A stretch of DNA of 62,292 bases, filler included. It is 4 parts of 4 records of this genome, joined end to end, with 100 filler letters (N's around TTAATTAATTAA, not from the genome) between each part and the next. Parts side by side here need not be neighbours in the genome. Positions count along the whole stretch, not along the records: positions 56,764 to 62,292 come from SRR20825006_1553; 3 more parts are not named here. One strand, given 5' to 3'. Shown one piece after another: positions 58,041 to 62,292 of the stretch. The notes below the pieces were generated by a model, which worked only from the letters and a program-made list of their open reading frames with translations, had not been told where the DNA came from and made no database searches. Each line of letters opens with the position of its first letter. Position 1 is the stretch's first letter. A program made the translations under genes and the position numbers.

Positions 58041-58994
58041 ATGACTAAATATACAGATCAAGGAAAACAGGACACCCGAAGCGGATATGGTGCCGGAATG
58101 ACGGAACTGGGAAGAACCAATCCCAATGTAGTGGCCCTTTGTGCCGATTTGGTAGGTTCCCTTAAGATTGAAACCTTTATTGAAGAAAATCCAGAGCGTT
58201 TCTTTCAAGTAGGAATTGCAGAGGCCAATATGATGGGCATGGCGGCAGGTTTGACCATCGGTGGAAAAATCCCTTTTGCATCAACCTTTGCCAACTTTGC
58301 CACTGGACGTGTTTATGATCAAATCCGCCAATCCATTGCATATTCTGACAAAAACGTAAAAATATGCGCTTCCCACTCCGGATTGACCTTGGGCGAAGAT
58401 GGTGCGACCCACCAAATTTTGGAAGATATCGGTTTGATGAAAATGTTACCCGGGATGACGGTGATCAATCCTTGTGATTTCAACCAAACCAAGGCGGCCA
58501 CCATTGCCATCGCAGAACATCATGGCCCCGTATATCTTCGTTTTGGAAGACCAAAAGTGGCCAATTTTACTCCTGTTGACCAAAAATTTGAAATCGGGAA
58601 GGCCCTAATGCTCAACGAAGGTACCGATGTAACGATCATTGCAACTGGACATTTGGTATGGCAGGCACTACTTGCTGCTGAAAGTTTGGAAAACCAAGGA
58701 ATATCCGCGGAAGTGATCAATATTCACACCATTAAGCCTTTGGATGACAAAGCTATTTTGGATTCTGTGAAGAAAACCGGATGTGTGGTAACCGCTGAGG
58801 AACACAATTATTTAGGTGGACTTGGAGAGAGCGTGGCCCGTGTTTTGGCCAGCAATCATCCTGCTCCTCAAGAGTTTGTGGCCACACAGGATACCTTCGG
58901 GGAAAGTGGTACGCCAGAACAGTTGATGGAGAAATATGGCTTGAACAATAAAGCAATCGAAGCTGCCGTTTTAAAAGTGTTGAAACGTAAATAG
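58041..58994 (+). CDS. Transketolase, C-terminal subunit
   Basis: GIAEANM, GEDGATHQ, TIKPLD and EEH. Confidence 0.95.
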   Translation: MTKYTDQGKQDTRSGYGAGMTELGRTNPNVVALCADLVGSLKIETFIEENPERFFQVGIAEANMMGMAAGLTIGGKIPFASTFANFATGRVYDQIRQSIAYSDKNVKICASHSGLTLGEDGATHQILEDIGLMKMLPGMTVINPCDFNQTKAATIAIAEHHGPVYLRFGRPKVANFTPVDQKFEIGKALMLNEGTDVTIIATGHLVWQALLAAESLENQGISAEVINIHTIKPLDDKAILDSVKKTGCVVTAEEHNYLGGLGESVARVLASNHPAPQEFVATQDTFGESGTPEQLMEKYGLNNKAIEAAVLKVLKRK

Positions 58995-59041
58995 TTTCAG
59001 GTATCCCCTATGGGGATATTTCATCTTTTAAAACAACACTT

Positions 59042-59641
59042 ATGAAAAAAACTTTTTTAGTAGTGGCATTTGCCCTTATTGGCTCTACTGCCATGGCCCA
59101 GAGTGGCTCAGGATTCGGTGTAAAGGCCGGTCTCTCGTACAACAAGAATGGAGATTTGGTCAACACCGTAACAGATGCCGTTGATGATCCTGAAGGTAAA
59201 GCTGGATATCATTTTGGTTTTTGGGGCAAATTGGATTTTCCGAAAATTTATCTAAGGCCCGAATTGGTATATTCCAAAACAAAAAGTTCTTATGATATTA
59301 ATGGAAATTCACAAGACTACGATGTGTCCAAATTGGACATGCCCGTGCTTTTGGGCTATAAACTGATTGGACCCTTGCATATTTTTGCAGGTCCTGCATT
59401 CCAATATACCCTTAAAAACGATTTGGAAGGTTTGACAATCGAAGACGTAGAAAACGATTTTACAGTTGGTCTAAATGCCGGTATCGGTGTCAATCTTGGT
59501 AGGCTTGGACTGGATGTGCGTTATGAAAGAGGTTTTTCTAAAAATGAAGCCGAATTTATCGATGCCAATGTTGCCAATGTCGAAGGGAGGATAGATTCAA
59601 GACCTTCCCAAGTTATTTTTGCAGCATCGCTGAAATTATAA
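59042..59641 (+). CDS. Outer-membrane beta-barrel (porin/PorT-like) protein
   Basis: Signal peptide; FGVKAG, YLRPEL, AGPAF and LDVRYERG strands. Confidence 0.85.
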   Translation: MKKTFLVVAFALIGSTAMAQSGSGFGVKAGLSYNKNGDLVNTVTDAVDDPEGKAGYHFGFWGKLDFPKIYLRPELVYSKTKSSYDINGNSQDYDVSKLDMPVLLGYKLIGPLHIFAGPAFQYTLKNDLEGLTIEDVENDFTVGLNAGIGVNLGRLGLDVRYERGFSKNEAEFIDANVANVEGRIDSRPSQVIFAASLKL

Positions 59642-59658
59642 TATCCAATTAAGTACAT

Positions 59659-59697
59659 AAAAAAACCCGCTGCAATGCAGCGGGTTTTTATTTTTTA
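59659..59697. terminator. Bidirectional terminator
   Basis: AAAAACCCGCTGCA-A-TGCAGCGGGTTTTT flanked by A and T runs. Confidence 0.9.
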
Positions 59698-59708
59698 TAA
59701 GTTGTTTT

Positions 59709-60659
59709 TTAGTTGTCCGGATCTAAATAATCAGGGACTCCATCTCCGTCCGCATCTGGATATGGCTTTATAATATTGCCATTCCCATCGGATATCTCAT
59801 CCCGTGTGGGTATACCATCGCCATCGTCATCAGGGTCACGAAAATTGGCCAAACGACCATTGAAAGGCTCTACATCAAAGTCTGTGTTGTCATCAAACAA
59901 ATACCCATTACCGTTCAAATCTTCGTCAATTGAAGGAATACCATCATTATCACTATCGGTATCCTCAACAAAAGCACCCAACTCCACTTTAAAGATTAGA
60001 GGGGCATATCTTGGTATTACCGAGGTAGTTGGATTATGAAAATATCCAAGACCGGATGGCATAATAATCAACCCTATTCCGCTATCGGCAATACTGTAGG
60101 TACCATCTGGATTATCTATGATTTGGTCGGGTGTTCCCGCTTTCATTTTTGCAACACCATTGGAGTAACCTTGAACGCTAAAGGAAAGTTCTTGCCAAGT
60201 AAATTCGGCTCTTTGATCAAAGGGAGTCCCATTCAACAAGGTCCCTTCATATTTCAACAAAGTAGAATCCGCATAGGTTGGGCTTTCTCCGCCGCCTTCC
60301 CGCGCTTCAATATAATACAGTTTGTGAGCTATATTCTCTTCTCCCGCACTAAGGCCCAAAAAACTTGATGATACATTAAAAGTAATGGATTCAGCATCTT
60401 CCATTAAAGGTCGTTTGTCGGCATTCTCACCAGCTATGGTATCAATAACTATCCTATAATCAAAACCCTCAGGTGGTGTTTCAAATTCTTCATAGTTGTA
60501 AAAGTGGGTGTTCAAAAACTCCCTAATGGTTTCGTCATCCTCCGGTGCAACATCGCTCAATAAGCTTGGCGGTATGGCTTCGGGGCCTCCATTATCATCA
60601 TTTTTACAGGATAGCAGCGTTACCGCAAAACAAATAAATACTAAAATTCCGTACTTCAT
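59709..60659 (-). CDS. FKBP-type PPIase lipoprotein with acidic DxDxDG repeat tail
   Basis: LLSC lipobox; YEGTLLNGTPFD, PSGLGY and IPRYAPLIFKVEL; DSDNDG, DDDGDG and DADGDG repeats. Confidence 0.88.
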   Translation of the reverse strand: MKYGILVFICFAVTLLSCKNDDNGGPEAIPPSLLSDVAPEDDETIREFLNTHFYNYEEFETPPEGFDYRIVIDTIAGENADKRPLMEDAESITFNVSSSFLGLSAGEENIAHKLYYIEAREGGGESPTYADSTLLKYEGTLLNGTPFDQRAEFTWQELSFSVQGYSNGVAKMKAGTPDQIIDNPDGTYSIADSGIGLIIMPSGLGYFHNPTTSVIPRYAPLIFKVELGAFVEDTDSDNDGIPSIDEDLNGNGYLFDDNTDFDVEPFNGRLANFRDPDDDGDGIPTRDEISDGNGNIIKPYPDADGDGVPDYLDPDN

Positions 60660-60737
60660 CAAGTCTGTTATTTAGGCGCGCAAGATACAATTTTCCATTA
60701 TTTTTGTTCCGTCCGTTAACAAAGATTTGCGAAGACC

Positions 60738-61109
60738 ATGCGAATAGACAAGTACCTTTGGTGCACCAGATACTTTAAAACACGAAGCATTGCCTCCAAT
60801 GCGGTAAAAAAGGGCCATGTTAAGGTAAATGGCAGTGCCGTAAAGCCTTCACGGGATGTTTTCCCTATGGATAAAATCGTGGTACGGAAAAATCAAATCG
60901 ACTATCAACTTACGGTTTTGGACGTTCCCGAGAGCCGTGTAGGAGCCAAATTGGTGGATATTTACCGAAAGGATACCACGCCAAAAGATGCCTTTGAACA
61001 CAGCGAACTGCTTCAACATGCAAAAAAGCATTACCGAAAAAAAGGACTTGGTCGACCTACCAAAAAAGACCGTCGGGATTTGGACGACTTTTTGGACGAA
61101 TCGGAATAA
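60738..61109 (+). CDS. hslR: RNA-binding S4 domain protein (Hsp15)
   Basis: MRIDKYLW, FKTRS and GRPTKKDRR. Confidence 0.92.
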   Translation: MRIDKYLWCTRYFKTRSIASNAVKKGHVKVNGSAVKPSRDVFPMDKIVVRKNQIDYQLTVLDVPESRVGAKLVDIYRKDTTPKDAFEHSELLQHAKKHYRKKGLGRPTKKDRRDLDDFLDESE

Positions 61110-61146
61110 ACCGTTTTCATATCTTTGAATCAACTATTGCGCAACT

Positions 61147-61644
61147 ATGAGGAACCTTATTCTTAACCATGACCAGATACAGCACATTACCAAAAGAATC
61201 GCTTATCAGATTTATGAGACCAATGTGGACGAGGCTGAAATTGTGGTCGCCGGAATTAAAGGTGGCGGAGAAAGTTTTGCAAAAAAAATAGTCACCGTAC
61301 TCAAAAACATAACCGATGCCAACATTGTGTTGTGCAAAATGGATATGGACAAGAAAAATCCGTTGGAAAGCGGCGTCAGTACCTCCCTTGCGGAAGATGG
61401 TTATAAAAATAAATCAATCGTTTTGGTGGACGATGTGCTGAATTCCGGCACTACTTTGATATATGGAACCCATCATTTTCTCAAAACGCCCATAAAACAA
61501 CTTAAAACGGCCGTATTGGTGAACAGGAACCACAAAAAATATCCCATCAAGGCCGATTTTAAGGGTATTTCGTTATCCACCTCCTTGAACGAACATATAA
61601 AAGTTGATTTTGAGCCCAAGAACAATGCTGTCTACCTAGAGTAG
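61147..61644 (+). CDS. Phosphoribosyltransferase (PyrR-like)
   Basis: RIAYQIYE and VLVDDVLNSGTT PRPP-binding motif. Confidence 0.88.
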   Translation: MRNLILNHDQIQHITKRIAYQIYETNVDEAEIVVAGIKGGGESFAKKIVTVLKNITDANIVLCKMDMDKKNPLESGVSTSLAEDGYKNKSIVLVDDVLNSGTTLIYGTHHFLKTPIKQLKTAVLVNRNHKKYPIKADFKGISLSTSLNEHIKVDFEPKNNAVYLE

Positions 61645-62148
61645 TTCCTTGATTTCATCCACTACCGTTTCCACATCTTTGTCGTTGCAGTCCAAAATGT
61701 GTTTTGATTGTAAATAATAGGGCCTACGCTCAAACAAGTGCTTGCCTATAAATTCGGGAAGTTCCGAATCGGGAATATTTTTCACCAGCGGCCGGTTCAC
61801 TTTTTCTTTTGAAATCCGGTTCACCAAATTGGGAATGCTCAAGTCAAGATAAATGGATGCATCGGCCTGTTCCAAAATGGTGGCCATATTGGTTCCATAG
61901 CACGGTGTGCCGCCCCCGGTTGAAATTATAATAGACTCTTCCTTTTCCAGAACCTCTTTTAGCATTTGATGCTCCAACTTCCTGAAAAAAATCTCTCCTT
62001 TTTCAGAAAAAATATTTTTTATGGATTTTTTTTGATTGGCTTCAATATAGTCGTCCAAATCGATGAACTCCATCTGTAAATGACTGGCCAACAATCGTCC
62101 AACGGTCGACTTTCCACTCGCCATATATCCCACTAACACAATTTTCAT
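61636..62148 (-). CDS. aroK: Shikimate kinase
   Basis: GYMASGKST, DLD, GEIFFR, STGGG and RPL. Confidence 0.95.
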   Translation of the reverse strand: MKIVLVGYMASGKSTVGRLLASHLQMEFIDLDDYIEANQKKSIKNIFSEKGEIFFRKLEHQMLKEVLEKEESIIISTGGGTPCYGTNMATILEQADASIYLDLSIPNLVNRISKEKVNRPLVKNIPDSELPEFIGKHLFERRPYYLQSKHILDCNDKDVETVVDEIKELL

Positions 62149-62180
62149 ATTGATGAATTTTATCAGATTTCAAAAAAACA

Positions 62181-62188
62181 CAAATTTA
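62181..62188 (-). promoter_or_regulatory. Bacteroidota -7 promoter element for aroK
   Basis: TAAATTTG on the minus strand. Confidence 0.6.
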
Positions 62189-62201
62189 TCTATAATTCAC
62201 C

Positions 62202-62231
62202 TTGGAAAATAGATTATTGATGTTATATTTG
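62202..62231 (+). promoter_or_regulatory. Bacteroidota promoter for the tRNA gene
   Basis: TTG-N19-TATATTTG. Confidence 0.8.
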
Positions 62232-62266
62232 CACCCGCTTAGCCAAACAGCTAGGCACAACTTGAA

Positions 62267-62292
62267 GACCTGATAGCTCAGTTGGTAGAGCA
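62267..62292 (+). tRNA. 5' part of a tRNA gene (anticodon outside window; possibly Lys)
   Basis: 7-nt acceptor strand GACCTGA, TA, then D-arm GCTCAGTTGGTAGAGC. Confidence 0.85.

Noticed and set aside
1-62292. CRISPR array, prophage, integrase or defence system
   Set aside because: No regularly spaced repeat-spacer array and no cas, phage, recombinase or known defence motifs were seen.

Overview
The window is not one genome. Four unrelated contigs are joined by artificial 100-nt linkers (N44-TTAATTAATTAA-N44) at 26540-26639, 47892-47991 and 56664-56763. Contig 1 (1-26539) is a GC-rich gammaproteobacterium, Alcanivorax-like by impression. It carries a REP cluster, a DUF3015 / DUF4105(Lnb-like) / alpha-beta-hydrolase envelope operon, dtd, an 18-gene aryl-polyene-type cluster with an ammonia-lyase and a flavin halogenase lying between pip and dtd, and glnA-DUF4124-ntrB-ntrC. 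Contig 2 (26640-47891) is a Pirellulaceae-like planctomycete. It carries a DUF1559 prepilin-like / lipoprotein / GH20 / sodium-symporter locus, a TetR with an exported haloacid dehalogenase, a cobalamin riboswitch ahead of a PEP-CTERM-anchored DUF4465 protein, a secreted clan CD peptidase, and phoH-7TM-HD-ybeY-corC-asnB, cdsA and tpx. Contig 3 (47992-56663) is an alphaproteobacterium, Thalassospira-like by impression, with EAL, TetR/NmrA, AraC/DMT, 2-hydroxyacid dehydrogenase and GSCFA genes. Contig 4 (56764-62292) is a Flavobacteriaceae housekeeping block (tgt, split transketolase, porin, FKBP, hslR, PRTase, aroK, start of a tRNA). The best candidates for undescribed systems are (i) the DUF3015 / barrel-anchored papain-like acyltransferase / deacylase-like lipoprotein trio, (ii) the B12-riboswitch-controlled PEP-CTERM DUF4465 protein, (iii) the DUF1559-GH20-symporter glycan locus and (iv) the halogenase/FH-type lyase aryl-polyene variant. 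All family and taxon calls come from motif recognition by eye; no searches were run.
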